In this document: positions 51,547 through 62,133 of the stretch, in pieces
Numbering within the stretch: position 1 is the stretch's first letter
How the letters are laid out: the number at the start of each line of letters is the position of its first letter
NCBI GenBank assembly: GCA_963663765.2
Contig: CAXXUA010000002.1
Coordinates: forward strand, 224,001 to 288,000
Origin: Candidatus Poribacteria bacterium
GTDB taxonomy: Bacteria; Poribacteria; WGA-4E; WGA-3G
Length of the DNA stretch: 64,000 nucleotides
Direction of reading: 5' to 3'
Notes under the pieces: generated by a model
The model's input: the letters and a program-made list of their open reading frames with translations, nothing else
Database searches by the model: none
Told to the model about the DNA's origin: nothing
Position numbers and translations under genes: made by a program

Positions 51547-53253
51547 TTATCCATTCAATAATTCACGGGCATGTGCAAGACCGACTTCAGTCTCTTGGCC
51601 ACCGTGCATACGTGCGATTTCTGTCACGCGTTCAGAATCAGTTAGCGGTTTAGCTGTAATCAAAGTTCTTTCTTCCACGACCTTTTTTTCCACAATAAAA
51701 TGCCTATCCGCAAAACGGGCTATTTGTGGTAGATGTGTGATACATATTACTTGAGCGGTTTGTGAAAGTTCCTTCAGTTTTTTCCCTACAACATCAGCGA
51801 TTTTACCACCTATTCCACTATCTATCTCATCAAAAAGCACAGTTGGAATGTTGTCAACTTGAACCAAAACTGTCTTTAGGGCAAGCATGACACGAGAAAT
51901 CTCACCGCCAGACGCAATTTTTGTCAATGGACGCAATTCTGTCCCTACATTCGGGGCAATTAAGAATTCAACTTTATCCATTCCGTTTTCACGGAGTACA
52001 TATCGTTTGCCATCAATAAGTAATAAACCGTTTGAATCTTCAATGGGTCCAACAGAAGTTTGAAATTCTGCTTTTTCCATCCCTAACTCTTGAAGTTCTT
52101 TTTCAACTAACTTTGACAATCTCTCTGCTACAACCTTCCGTTTGTTAGACAAGGTAATACATAACTCTCGTATTACTTGTTTCATTTCCCTTATTTGTGA
52201 TTGAAGTAATTCTATCTTTTCTGAACCGAGTTCAATATTTTCTAATTTTTTCTCTGCTTCCCCTTGATATTCTAACATTTCTGAAATAGTGTTTCCGTAT
52301 CGGCGCTTGAATTTAGAAATAAGTTCAAGTCGATCTGATACTTCAGCAATTCGAGCTGGGTTAAATTCCACTGATTCTGCGTATTGAATTATCTGAGATG
52401 ATATATCTTCCAGTTCATATAACGATGAGTCTAATCTCTCACTCAAGTCAGATAAACTATCATCTACTTCAGATAGTTTCGCAACAGTTTTTGCTGCATC
52501 CCTAAGATTCTGTAATATTGAGACACTACTGGCTGAACCTATAGCACCAATATCCCCTTGTATATCACCATCCAGTTGTTCATATACAAGATTGGTTGAC
52601 TCATATAATTCTTCAGCGTTATTTAGGATTCCGATCTCTGCAGTCAATTCCTCCTCTTCACCGTTTCTGAGATTTGCCGATGAAAGTTCCTTTACCTCAA
52701 ATTCAAGTAATTCCTTTTCGCGTTCAGAAGTCCTTAATGTATGTATAAGTGTGTCTATTTCCCTTTGTAGATCAAGCAAACTACGATAGTTATCACTCAC
52801 TTGCTTACGTTCTGTATCAGTTTCGCCGAAATCATCCAATAGTTCCAAGTGTGTTTCTGTTCTAAACAAAGATTGATGTTGGTGTTGCCCATGAATATCA
52901 ACTAGGAATGAACCAATTTCTTCAAGGGATTTCAAGTTTGCCAATTCTCCATTGATACGACAACGACTTCTTCCGTTTGAACTGATATGCCTTGATAAAA
53001 ATAAAATATCCTCTGTGTCAGTATCAATTGGAAGGGGTATAGATGGAAAAACACTAATTTCAACCGATGCTGCATCAGCACCTTCGCGTACTATATCAGC
53101 AGAAGTACGTTCACCTAATACTAACGCAATTGATCTGAGAATAACGGATTTTCCTGCTCCTGTCTCACCAGTAAAAATGTTTAATCCAGGTGATAGTTCC
53201 AATTCCAATTCGTCAATCAGAGCAATGTTGCGGATAGAGAGTGTTTCTATCAC
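51547..53253 (-). CDS. recN: DNA repair protein RecN
   Basis: TGETGAGKS, HGQH, ASGGEISR, FDEIDSG, ITHLPQIA. Confidence 0.95.
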   Translation of the reverse strand: MIETLSIRNIALIDELELELSPGLNIFTGETGAGKSVILRSIALVLGERTSADIVREGADAASVEISVFPSIPLPIDTDTEDILFLSRHISSNGRSRCRINGELANLKSLEEIGSFLVDIHGQHQHQSLFRTETHLELLDDFGETDTERKQVSDNYRSLLDLQREIDTLIHTLRTSEREKELLEFEVKELSSANLRNGEEEELTAEIGILNNAEELYESTNLVYEQLDGDIQGDIGAIGSASSVSILQNLRDAAKTVAKLSEVDDSLSDLSERLDSSLYELEDISSQIIQYAESVEFNPARIAEVSDRLELISKFKRRYGNTISEMLEYQGEAEKKLENIELGSEKIELLQSQIREMKQVIRELCITLSNKRKVVAERLSKLVEKELQELGMEKAEFQTSVGPIEDSNGLLLIDGKRYVLRENGMDKVEFLIAPNVGTELRPLTKIASGGEISRVMLALKTVLVQVDNIPTVLFDEIDSGIGGKIADVVGKKLKELSQTAQVICITHLPQIARFADRHFIVEKKVVEERTLITAKPLTDSERVTEIARMHGGQETEVGLAHARELLNG

Positions 53254-53283
53254 GAGTCTTTCCTTAAATCACCTAACAATTTA

Positions 53284-54147
53284 TTATTTTATTCTTTCAC
53301 CTAACATCAACTTTTCACGTAATGCTTTGTAGTAACTATGACTCCTTGAACGGATTAGTTGAATTGTACGTTTTGCTTTACGGACTCTTATTTCTGCTTC
53401 TCTTGTCAATGTATGCGTTTCACGCATACCGTCAATAAATAGGTCAAGGCTTTCATAAGTGGAGTGCATCTCTACCTTTATCTCTGCATCCCCGTGTGCA
53501 ATAAAAGGACGCACTGTGAGACTATGAGGAGCGATTGGTGTTAATATCATTGCTTCTAACTGTGGTGCTACAATCGACCCTCCACAAGAAAGTGAGTATC
53601 CAGTTGACCCACTCGGTGTCGCTATAATCAAACCATCAGCATTATAAGGTATAAACAGTTCACCATCAACATAGGCGTTCAATTCAATTAGTCGTGTGTA
53701 GTGTCGTATAACGACATCATTCAATGCGTAAGCATGGAATGGAGAAGGACGCTGACTGTTAACAGAAACATCCAGCATCATTCTGTGCTCAATATGATAT
53801 TCACCTTTCAATGTAGCGATCAGCGACGGTTTTAATTCATCCAACGATGCGTCAGTTAGAAATCCCAGATGTCCTAAGTTAATAGCAAGAATAGGTACAT
53901 TTTCTATATTTGGCGTATGTGCTGCACTCAAAAGAGTGCCATCACCACCGAGAACAAGCACGAGATCAGACAACTCTACCATTTGTGAGATGTCTACTCC
54001 AGTTAGCGGAAATCCAAGGACTTCTGCTTGTTCATCAGGAATTATTGGAATAACATTTTCTTGCTTTAGCAACTGTGAAACTTCAACAACTACTTGTGGT
54101 GCCTGTTCTTTCGTGGTATTGACAAAAAAACCGACCTTTTTCGTCAT
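53284..54147 (-). CDS. nadK: NAD kinase
   Basis: GGDGT, GHLGFL, LND, DGLIIATPSGSTGYSLSCGG. Confidence 0.95.
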   Translation of the reverse strand: MTKKVGFFVNTTKEQAPQVVVEVSQLLKQENVIPIIPDEQAEVLGFPLTGVDISQMVELSDLVLVLGGDGTLLSAAHTPNIENVPILAINLGHLGFLTDASLDELKPSLIATLKGEYHIEHRMMLDVSVNSQRPSPFHAYALNDVVIRHYTRLIELNAYVDGELFIPYNADGLIIATPSGSTGYSLSCGGSIVAPQLEAMILTPIAPHSLTVRPFIAHGDAEIKVEMHSTYESLDLFIDGMRETHTLTREAEIRVRKAKRTIQLIRSRSHSYYKALREKLMLGERIK

Positions 54148-55142
54148 CCTGACTCCTTCTCTAATCTGCAAAACCCTAAGATTACAGCACAACCAACCAG
54201 AAATACACACAAGGTAATCAGAAAACTCATATTTAATTGTGGGAGTATATGTGCTGTATCATAACGTTTATCTCCAACCGACACAGAATCACGAAATGGC
54301 CACAAACCGTATAAAGAACCGACCATCAACCCAATTAGAAAGGAAATTGTTAAATTTCGAAAACGATCTAATAGATAGTTCAACAATCTTGTAAAAGCTA
54401 ATAGACCAAATAGACATCCCATTGAAAAAATTACGAGTATCATTAGATTGTTGACAAAAACTGAACTTGCTACTCCTTTGAATACCCCTGGAACATCATT
54501 TATGAAATCCTTGATCGCAGTCAACAGTGGAAAATAAACGCCGAATGCAAGCAAAAGAAACGAACCACTAACTCCAGGCAGAATCATTGCTGAAATTGCC
54601 AGCGCACCGCATACAAAATAGATAGTAAGTGTTCCAATTGATATTTCAATTCCATTTCCTGAAACCGTCGTTGAATCAGCAGCAGATTTTTTTAGTTCTT
54701 CTGCTATTACAATCAATCCTACTGCTACAAGTAATGTTAACAGTTCACGCCAACTGAACCCTTCCAGCATTCGTAAAGGAATCAATATAGATGTTAAGAC
54801 CAATCCGAAAAAGAAACCATAAGTCGCGTCATGGTGAGAGTCCAATAGAAAAACAATTAGTTTTGAAGAAACCAATACTGCGAAGACCGCACCTATCCCT
54901 AAAATCAACAAAAAATAAAAGTCAATACGATGCAACTCTGCGCGAAATGCTGTAAATGCTCTTTTTCTAAAACTAAAAACGCTAAGAAATCGCTTAACCG
55001 TTGATGTGCCAATGTTGTGCAAAGCTGCAATTAGTCGTTCATATATACCCAAGACAAGTGCAAGAGTGCCACCACTCATACCTGGTATTATGTTTGCAAT
55101 GCCTATCAGGAAGCCGTTAATAAAGTGGCGGATAGTTTTCAT
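54144..55142 (-). CDS. DUF368 membrane protein (undecaprenyl-phosphate translocase family)
   Basis: ANIIPGMSGGT and AMILPGVSGS repeated motifs. Confidence 0.85.
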   Translation of the reverse strand: MKTIRHFINGFLIGIANIIPGMSGGTLALVLGIYERLIAALHNIGTSTVKRFLSVFSFRKRAFTAFRAELHRIDFYFLLILGIGAVFAVLVSSKLIVFLLDSHHDATYGFFFGLVLTSILIPLRMLEGFSWRELLTLLVAVGLIVIAEELKKSAADSTTVSGNGIEISIGTLTIYFVCGALAISAMILPGVSGSFLLLAFGVYFPLLTAIKDFINDVPGVFKGVASSVFVNNLMILVIFSMGCLFGLLAFTRLLNYLLDRFRNLTISFLIGLMVGSLYGLWPFRDSVSVGDKRYDTAHILPQLNMSFLITLCVFLVGCAVILGFCRLEKESG

Positions 55143-55244
55143 ATATAAAAAGTAGCAAGTTTTATCAATTGATTAGTTTTTGATATAATCTGTCAAGAAT
55201 TATACTATATAACTAAAACTATGTCAAACGTATAAATATGAACG

Positions 55245-55432
55245 CGGGGTTATTCAGTTTTAGGCATTTAGGTATTTCCTGAGTAAATCGCGACCGGCAA
55301 AACAAGAAATCAACGGTATGCATGCCTTTTGGCATTCCCCGGGTATGCATGCCTTTTGGCATTCCCCGGGTCGTTCCTACCGCGGGATTTCTTTTTTGAA
55401 AATCCAAAAATTAGGAAAACTGAATAATCCTG
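55245..55432. mobile_element. MITE B4 (degenerate TIRs) with a REP interrupted by a tandem hairpin insert
   Basis: CGGGGTTATTCAGTTTT...AAAACTGAATAATCCTG; no clear TSD. Confidence 0.7.
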
Positions 55433-55440
55433 TTAAACTA

Positions 55441-55869
55441 GGGTGTGTAAAGATTTTGCACAGAGGTACAAACTTTTTTCTCTTTAGTCCCGAAGGGACG
55501 CAATGTTTATAGAAAGACGTTATCACCCCTCTCTTGAGTTCCGTAGTAACGACATAAAAGGATAAACATATCGTCCCTACGTGACTGAAGCGTATGGTTG
55601 ATATTAACAATATTTCCTTATATTGACACCTAATGAAGTTTGACAATCAATCGGTAGTTGAATACGTAGGGGTTGGGTTCCCAACCGTTTGGTTTTTAAG
55701 TTTGCGTAGATCGGGCGTGGCAACCACGCCCCTACGAATACACAACTTGAACGTCAAAACTCATTAGGACTCTGTGTCCCCGCAATCTCTTATTTAATCA
55801 GTTGGGGCGGGCACAGAGCCCCGCCCTACAATGAAGAATGAGTAGTTTGTGCAAAACTTTTGCACACCC
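55441..55869. mobile_element. Composite MITE A3 containing element E (55629-55768)
   Basis: TIRs; GTTAAACTA at 55432-40 and 55870-78. Confidence 0.88.
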
Positions 55870-55886
55870 GTTAAACTATTAAACTA

Positions 55887-56088
55887 CAGGGTTATTCAGT
55901 TTTAGATATTTTGGCAGATATTTATAACATTCGTGATTTAATATCGTAGGTCGGGTAGAGCGTGAGCGAAACCCGACATGATAGACAAAATCAATACATG
56001 TCGGGTTTCGCATACGCTCTACCCGACCTACTATATAAACTTTAAGTAACACCCATTAACTGATAATTCTTAAAACTAAATAACCCTG
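55887..56088. mobile_element. MITE B3 with REP doublet
   Basis: TIRs; ATTAAACTA at 55878-86 and 56089-97. Confidence 0.88.
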
Positions 56089-56105
56089 ATTAAACTATAT
56101 CTCAC

Positions 56106-56134
56106 TTGACAAGTTTTCAAAAGCCTGTTAGAAT
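56106..56134 (+). promoter_or_regulatory. Sigma70 promoter of the TPR gene
   Basis: TTGACA-N17-TAGAAT with TGn. Confidence 0.6.
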
Positions 56135-56165
56135 CTGATTGAAATTCTAATTCATAGTCTAAGAG

Positions 56166-57515
56166 GTGAAATTGATGAAAAAGTTGATCATCGTGGAAAT
56201 CTGCGTTGTTTTAGCAATTGCCGTTGGATTCTGGATCGGACGGTTCACGAGTCCGTATAATGATTATGCGCATTATTACGAAAATGCCGATATAGCGTGG
56301 TTAAAAGTTCAGGAAATGGACACACCTCCAATATCTTTTGATGAACCCGATAAGAATCGCTTGCGTAAAGTGCGCGCGGCATACCGTGCGGTTTTTGACA
56401 ATTATCCTGACAGTCGGTGGGCAGACGATGCAATTTACCAGTTAGCGTCACGCATACCCCGCACAGATGAGGAAGGATTTGCACTATTCCGCAGATTAAT
56501 CCGCGATTATCCCGACAGCGAATATGCAGATGACGCAATGTTTGCAGTTGCTATCGCAACCTATCAGATCGCAGAGGAATTTAAGAAAACCGGAACGCTG
56601 GAATCTCCAACTGCATATTACGACAGAGCGCTTACACTCTTTAACCAAATCATAACAATATATCCAGGTAGTGTCTTGCACGAAGAGGCGCTGTATAACG
56701 CAGCCATGTGTTACTATCGACGTGGAGATGTAAGTATTGCACTAAACCAACTTGAAAGTCTCAAGATAGAATATCGAAACCATCCAATTATTTATAAAAT
56801 CCGGTATACACTTGGATTGATCCATCTTGGACAGCAAGACTACGAGAACGCGAAAGCAGAATTCCTAAATGTTATAGATGCAGGCGATCCTGAATATGGT
56901 CCGATAGCGAATTTTGACATCGCTAACACTTATTTTAACGAAGGTAAAAAAAGAGAAATAGAAGCTAATTTTAAGGAAGTACAAGGAATAGGTCAGGAAG
57001 CAGCAGCAGAAAAAAAAGAAGCAATGGAAAAATACCAAGAAGCCGTTGATGGATACCAAAAAGTGATAGACCTATACCCTGATACAAAAGTCGGGAAGGA
57101 CGCACTTTTCTATATTGCATTACCTTTAGAGAAATTAAAAAAGTATGATGAAGCTATTACGCTATTAGAAGCTGCAATTGAGTCATATCCTGATAACGAG
57201 AACGCTACCTATTCCAAGTCTTTCATCGGTCAGCTTGCCTATCTCAATGACGACAAAGCAAAGGCAATTGAGGTATTTCAAGAATTTGCCGATGACCCTT
57301 CACACGCTTATGATGACAGACTACACGCACAATACCAAGTCGGTAAAATCTATGAAGAAATAGAGGATATGGAACAAGCTATTGATGCATTTGAAAAATT
57401 GGTTTCAAATGATTATCCTGAACCCCATAAAAACCCATCACATCCATCACGTAGCATTACTGAGAATTACGTTCAACAGTTAAAAGCAGAATTATTGGAT
57501 GAAGCGCTTGAATAA
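56166..57515 (+). CDS. Membrane-anchored TPR protein (BamD/CpoB-like repeats)
   Basis: N-terminal TM; repeated YPDS..ADDA / YP-x helical repeats. Confidence 0.85.
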   Translation: MKLMKKLIIVEICVVLAIAVGFWIGRFTSPYNDYAHYYENADIAWLKVQEMDTPPISFDEPDKNRLRKVRAAYRAVFDNYPDSRWADDAIYQLASRIPRTDEEGFALFRRLIRDYPDSEYADDAMFAVAIATYQIAEEFKKTGTLESPTAYYDRALTLFNQIITIYPGSVLHEEALYNAAMCYYRRGDVSIALNQLESLKIEYRNHPIIYKIRYTLGLIHLGQQDYENAKAEFLNVIDAGDPEYGPIANFDIANTYFNEGKKREIEANFKEVQGIGQEAAAEKKEAMEKYQEAVDGYQKVIDLYPDTKVGKDALFYIALPLEKLKKYDEAITLLEAAIESYPDNENATYSKSFIGQLAYLNDDKAKAIEVFQEFADDPSHAYDDRLHAQYQVGKIYEEIEDMEQAIDAFEKLVSNDYPEPHKNPSHPSRSITENYVQQLKAELLDEALE

Positions 57516-57544
57516 CCCACAAGTTCCCCAAAAGAGCAATTCTG

Positions 57545-58780
57545 TTAATTGGGTAACTTGCTTAATGCCAGATCAATATCTGCAATAATATCTTCAACAT
57601 CCTCCAGACCAATTGAGAAGCGGACTAATCCATCCGTGATGCCAGTTTTTTGCCGTATTTCGGAAGGGACGTGTGAGTGTGTCGTAGACGCGGGATGACA
57701 GACCAAGGTCCGCACATCACCAAGGCTCACTGCCAGTGAACAGATTTCAAGTTGATTCACAAATTTTTCACCTGCAGCCCGTCCTTCTTTGAGTTCTATC
57801 GTAATCATGCCGCCGAATCCATTCATTTGATGTTTAGCAAGGTCATGCTGTGGATGACCTGGTAAACCGGGATAACGAACCCATGCCACGGCTGGATGTG
57901 CTTCAAGAAATGATGCAACCTGCATTGCATTCTCGCAGTGGCGCGTAAACCGAAGTGGTAAGGTAGGGATACCCAACAGTGTTAGCCACGCATTAAATGG
58001 ACTGATGACTGCACCGAAGTTACGTAATGCCCCTTTTTTTGCTCGCTCAATAAACACATTTTCTCCTATGATTGCACCCGCAACAACTGCCCCGTTTCCG
58101 CTCAGATATTTTGTCATACTGTGCAGCACGACATCAATTCCCAGCGTAATTGGTTGTTGACTGCATGGCGTGGCAAAGGTATTGTCAATGATTGAGGTAA
58201 TGTTGTGTGTTTTTGCAATCTCTGCACAAGCAGCAAGGTCCACAAGTTTGAGTAACGGATTTGTTGGACTTTCAAGGTAGATGACTTTTGTGTCAGGACG
58301 AATCTCGCTCTCAACTTTGTTCGGGTCAGTAGCATCTACAAATGTAACCTCAATTCCATACTGTGTAAGATCGTCATTTAGCAAGTTATATGTGGCGGAA
58401 TAAAGTGTTTCCATAGCAACAACGTGTCCACCGTCTGCTAATGCAGTTAGTAGTGCGGTACTAATAGCACCCATCCCTGATGCGGTGGCTAAAGCGGATT
58501 CTCCTGCTTCAAGAACTGCAAGCTTCTGTTCTAATATCGCTTGTGTAGGGTTACCCCATCGGGTGTAGACGTAACCGCTTGCTTCATCAATGAATGCCGC
58601 AGCGCATTCCTCGGTATTATGAAACTGAAAAGTACTATTCTGATAGATAGGTGGAAGCAATGGGATACCGGTTTTTCTCATCTGATCTTTCTGTCCATCT
58701 GTAGGAGGCGTCGTTAATGTTTCACCTGCATGAATCGCTTCAGTGGATTTACCGTAATACTTCTTGTTTACCACAATCAA
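57545..58780 (-). CDS. Methionine gamma-lyase / trans-sulfuration PLP enzyme
   Basis: YTRWGNPT, SGMGAI, ESPTNP, DNTFATP, HSMTKY, AVSLGD, HPASTTH. Confidence 0.9.
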   Translation of the reverse strand: MIVVNKKYYGKSTEAIHAGETLTTPPTDGQKDQMRKTGIPLLPPIYQNSTFQFHNTEECAAAFIDEASGYVYTRWGNPTQAILEQKLAVLEAGESALATASGMGAISTALLTALADGGHVVAMETLYSATYNLLNDDLTQYGIEVTFVDATDPNKVESEIRPDTKVIYLESPTNPLLKLVDLAACAEIAKTHNITSIIDNTFATPCSQQPITLGIDVVLHSMTKYLSGNGAVVAGAIIGENVFIERAKKGALRNFGAVISPFNAWLTLLGIPTLPLRFTRHCENAMQVASFLEAHPAVAWVRYPGLPGHPQHDLAKHQMNGFGGMITIELKEGRAAGEKFVNQLEICSLAVSLGDVRTLVCHPASTTHSHVPSEIRQKTGITDGLVRFSIGLEDVEDIIADIDLALSKLPN

Positions 58781-59382
58781 GACCCCTTAAGCGTTTGTTG
58801 TAATGTTTCAACTGGATATCCTTCAAGTTTTAGCAGTTGCTGTTTTCGTTCAAGACCACCACCATAACCCCCTAAACTGCCATTGCTGCCAACTACTCGA
58901 TGGCACGGTATAATAATTGTAATCGGGTTGCTTCCAGTAGCAGTGCCGACAGCGCGAACTGCTTTGGGTCTACCAATCTGTTCTGCTATCCACTTGTAGC
59001 TGCGCACCTCACCATGCGGAATCTGGTGAATTGTATCCCAGACTAAATTCTGAAATTCCGTACCTGTATCTATACTAATCGGGATCTCTTTAAAATCTAC
59101 TGACTTACCATCAAAATACCGATTCAATATATGCTTTACCTTCTTTAACAATTCAGTCTGTGGGTTGAATGAAGGTTCATAATATGTGGAATTGTCGTTA
59201 AAGAATATTTGGGAAATATGTTGACGAGTTTGAATTATGTCTATATGACCAATAGGTAATTTATATCGGAGATTATCTGGACCGTAAAAATCTTGAACTG
59301 CTTTTGAAATTTGTTCTTTATCATAATCCTCCAATTTTTCATGAAAGTCATGAATGATATATTGTAACATTTGTTTTTTCAT
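58777..59382 (-). CDS. ogt: Methylated-DNA-protein-cysteine methyltransferase
   Basis: GTEFQ..VW, RAVG, IIIPCHRV, GGYGGG. Confidence 0.9.
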   Translation of the reverse strand: MKKQMLQYIIHDFHEKLEDYDKEQISKAVQDFYGPDNLRYKLPIGHIDIIQTRQHISQIFFNDNSTYYEPSFNPQTELLKKVKHILNRYFDGKSVDFKEIPISIDTGTEFQNLVWDTIHQIPHGEVRSYKWIAEQIGRPKAVRAVGTATGSNPITIIIPCHRVVGSNGSLGGYGGGLERKQQLLKLEGYPVETLQQTLKGS

Positions 59383-59430
59383 TTTTTATTTGACCTACAA
59401 TTTAATATAAGGTATGCTATATGGCAAACT

Positions 59431-59814
59431 ATGGCTATTTTTGAAACATCAGAACAACTTTTTAGATATATCAACGAACTTTTTGAAGAAATCGCTACGT
59501 TACCAGAGGCACAAGAGGCAATAAAATCGTTAACGTTATGCGTTAGATTTAATTATACCATACCAGACTGTGTGATGACGTTAACTGTCGTGAACGGTGG
59601 ATATGAAATTTCCCGCGATGTGTGTGATGATGTAACTCCAGACGTAGAACTGACGATGACAGGTGATGTTGCACACAAATTCTGGACAGGTGAACTTAAC
59701 GTTATGGGTGCGATCACGTCACGCGAGATCGATATTGCCGGTTCATTAGGCAAAATTATGCGACTTACACCGCTTATTAAGGCAGCTATTCGTCATAACA
59801 TAGAACGTAATTAA
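59431..59814 (+). CDS. SCP2 sterol/lipid-binding domain protein
   Basis: PDVELTMTGDVAHKFWTGELNVMGAI...IAGS pattern. Confidence 0.75.
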   Translation: MAIFETSEQLFRYINELFEEIATLPEAQEAIKSLTLCVRFNYTIPDCVMTLTVVNGGYEISRDVCDDVTPDVELTMTGDVAHKFWTGELNVMGAITSREIDIAGSLGKIMRLTPLIKAAIRHNIERN

Positions 59815-59829
59815 TTGTCATAACCTTAT

Positions 59830-59951
59830 CAGGACTTACGCAAAAACGGTAGACGTGCTTTGTAAGCGCGCTGGAAACCTATAAAAATACTGATAATTAT
59901 ATCATTTTCATCATTATTCTTGATTTAATCAAGAATAATGCGTAAGTCCTG
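59830..59951. mobile_element. MITE D2 (TIR CAGGACTTACGCA), 5-bp TSD CTTAT
   Basis: CTTAT at 59825-29 and 59952-56; body similar to D1; orphan right ends also at 3977-3989 and 32736-32748. Confidence 0.85.
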
Positions 59952-59971
59952 CTTATAAAAGAGGTGATAGG

Positions 59972-60763
59972 ATGTCTACAGACAATTTATCAGATACCAT
60001 TAAACCCTATGTAACGCAATTGTGTGAAGAGGGTTGGTGTGTGTTAGAAGATGTTATTCCCGCCGACGTTGTGGACTTGATTTGCAATGAGGTGGAAACA
60101 TCAGCAGTCGACTATAACCAATACAGCAAAGAAAACGGCAGATGGACACGAAATGTCATCAGTTTTATGCCGCGTTTTGCTGAACATCTTGCAAATGAAC
60201 GACTCCTTTCTGTCATCCGAGAATTATTGGGACCACAAGTACGCATCTCCCAGACCGAGTATAAGATTCGTCCGCCACATTACAAATTGGTTCGTGCATA
60301 CCACTCCGATTTTCCTTATGACTTGAACCAGAAATGGCACATTTCCCAACCTTTTCCGAGTGCTGTTATCGGTATCACGACGCTCTGGATGCTCACTGAT
60401 TTTACGACTGAGAACGGTGGCACTTGGATTGTACCGAAATCCCACATAGACCTCAGAAATCCGAGAGGAAAAGAGGATGGTATCGGTGATCGTAACCCGC
60501 TTTCTGGTGAAATGCAAGCCACTGGGAGTGCGGGGAGTGTACTGATCATGGACAGCCGAATTTGGCATTCCAACGCAGAAAATCCAAGTGATGGTCGTCG
60601 AACTGCTGTTGTTGTTCGGTATGCTCCGTGGTGGTTGAATCTGGAGCTCTTCGGTGTCAATACTGCTACGATTCCCGGCGAAACGTTCGATAAGTTTCCT
60701 GATGATGTTAAACTACTTTATGAACACCGTGCTGAAGACCGTGAACCTTCTGTCTGGGTTTAA
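59972..60763 (+). CDS. PhyH-family dioxygenase
   Basis: YHSDF, TDFTTENGGTWIVPKSH, IWHS, RRTAV. Confidence 0.88.
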   Translation: MSTDNLSDTIKPYVTQLCEEGWCVLEDVIPADVVDLICNEVETSAVDYNQYSKENGRWTRNVISFMPRFAEHLANERLLSVIRELLGPQVRISQTEYKIRPPHYKLVRAYHSDFPYDLNQKWHISQPFPSAVIGITTLWMLTDFTTENGGTWIVPKSHIDLRNPRGKEDGIGDRNPLSGEMQATGSAGSVLIMDSRIWHSNAENPSDGRRTAVVVRYAPWWLNLELFGVNTATIPGETFDKFPDDVKLLYEHRAEDREPSVWV

Positions 60764-60806
60764 ATCATAGGCACACACTGTGTGTCATCACAAAAGGAGA
60801 ACTCTT

Positions 60807-61235
60807 ATGTCAACAACGCTTGTACACATTGGTGTCCGCACAACGAATTTAGAAAAAAGCATCCGTTTCTGGCGCGACGCGCTCGGTTTGACCGTTGCGG
60901 ACGCTGTAGATGGTCGCTTTGACCTAACTGACGGATATCACAATTTCCGTGTATTTCAACACAATGGTCCTGACCGTCCTAAACATATCGGTGGAATGTT
61001 AGACTATCTCCACATCGGTGTCCGTGTTCCTGATCTGCGTGAAGCAGCAAAGCGGTGTGAAGACCTCGGTTTTGAAATTACTTGGGAAGGTTTAGATGGT
61101 ACTCAACCTTATGACCCAAATTCCGATGAATTGCCTTCAATAGCATTCAAGGTTGAAGACCCTGATGGGATTGTTGTTGATATTACCGAAAGGAATGATC
61201 AATGGCCTGGTGTTGATATTGAAAACAAAGGCTAA
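60807..61235 (+). CDS. VOC/glyoxalase-family protein
   Basis: LVHIGVRTTNLEKS, LHIGVRVPDL, EDPDGIVVDI. Confidence 0.85.
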   Translation: MSTTLVHIGVRTTNLEKSIRFWRDALGLTVADAVDGRFDLTDGYHNFRVFQHNGPDRPKHIGGMLDYLHIGVRVPDLREAAKRCEDLGFEITWEGLDGTQPYDPNSDELPSIAFKVEDPDGIVVDITERNDQWPGVDIENKG

Positions 61236-61288
61236 ATTTCATGCCTCCACAATCGGCGCGGTGGTACACCGCGTCCTCCACCAAATAC

Positions 61289-61981
61289 TTATTCGTCACC
61301 ACCTAAAAGCCCTAAGCGGAACAAGTAATAAAGAAGTGTCAGTAGACTTGTAACCGCTGCGGCGAGATACGTTAGAAACGCTGCATTTAGCACTTTACTT
61401 GCTTGACGATTCTCTTCGGGGGAAAGCATTCCTGCTTCGTCCATCGCAATTCTTGCACGTTTGCTTGCATCCCATTCAACTGGCAATGTTATCAAGGTGA
61501 ACACCACACCTACGGTAAACAATCCCACTCCGAATAATAGGAACGGTTGTATGAAAAAACCGACCATGAGTAAGATATAAGAAAACATTGAGCTGAAGTT
61601 GGTAATGGGAACAAGTGCAGTTCGTAGGTTCAGCATAGTGTATCCGTGTGCGTCCTGCATTGCGTGTCCTGCTTCATGACACGCTACACCTATTGCGGAC
61701 AACGATTTGTTTGAATACACATCGTTAGATAACCGTAGTGTTTTATTTCGTGGGTCATAATGGTCACTCAACCATCCACCCGTGAGTTCAATTTTGACAT
61801 TGTCGATACCGTTTCTTTGCAGCATCATTGATGCTGCTTGTGCGCCTGTTATCCCATTTCGAGAACCGACTTTAGAAAACTTTGAAAACGTTGATTTGGT
61901 TTTCCATGTAGCATACAATGACAGAGCAAAACCCGGCGCAAGAAAAACGAAATACATCGGGTCAAACCAACCTAACATCAT
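61289..61981 (-). CDS. YugP-like neutral zinc metallopeptidase
   Basis: LSDHYDP, ACHEAGHAMQ, TLPVEWDASKRA, AAFLTYLAA. Confidence 0.88.
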   Translation of the reverse strand: MMLGWFDPMYFVFLAPGFALSLYATWKTKSTFSKFSKVGSRNGITGAQAASMMLQRNGIDNVKIELTGGWLSDHYDPRNKTLRLSNDVYSNKSLSAIGVACHEAGHAMQDAHGYTMLNLRTALVPITNFSSMFSYILLMVGFFIQPFLLFGVGLFTVGVVFTLITLPVEWDASKRARIAMDEAGMLSPEENRQASKVLNAAFLTYLAAAVTSLLTLLYYLFRLGLLGGDE

Positions 61982-62133
61982 AAGGATTACCTCCAATCCT
62001 GTGTTCATAAGAATTTATCAATGTAAAAAAGCAATGTTTTTTATGGAATTATACAAGATTTCTGCTGAGATTTCAACTGAATTTCTTGTGGGAAAGAAAG
62101 GAGAGTTAGGATGTATTGGTTTTGAATTGGGTT

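Noticed and set aside
55219-55646. Short ORFs inside repeats (also 16228..16419 and 63648..63986)
   Set aside because: They are translations of MITE/REP sequence with no protein motifs and no transposase features.
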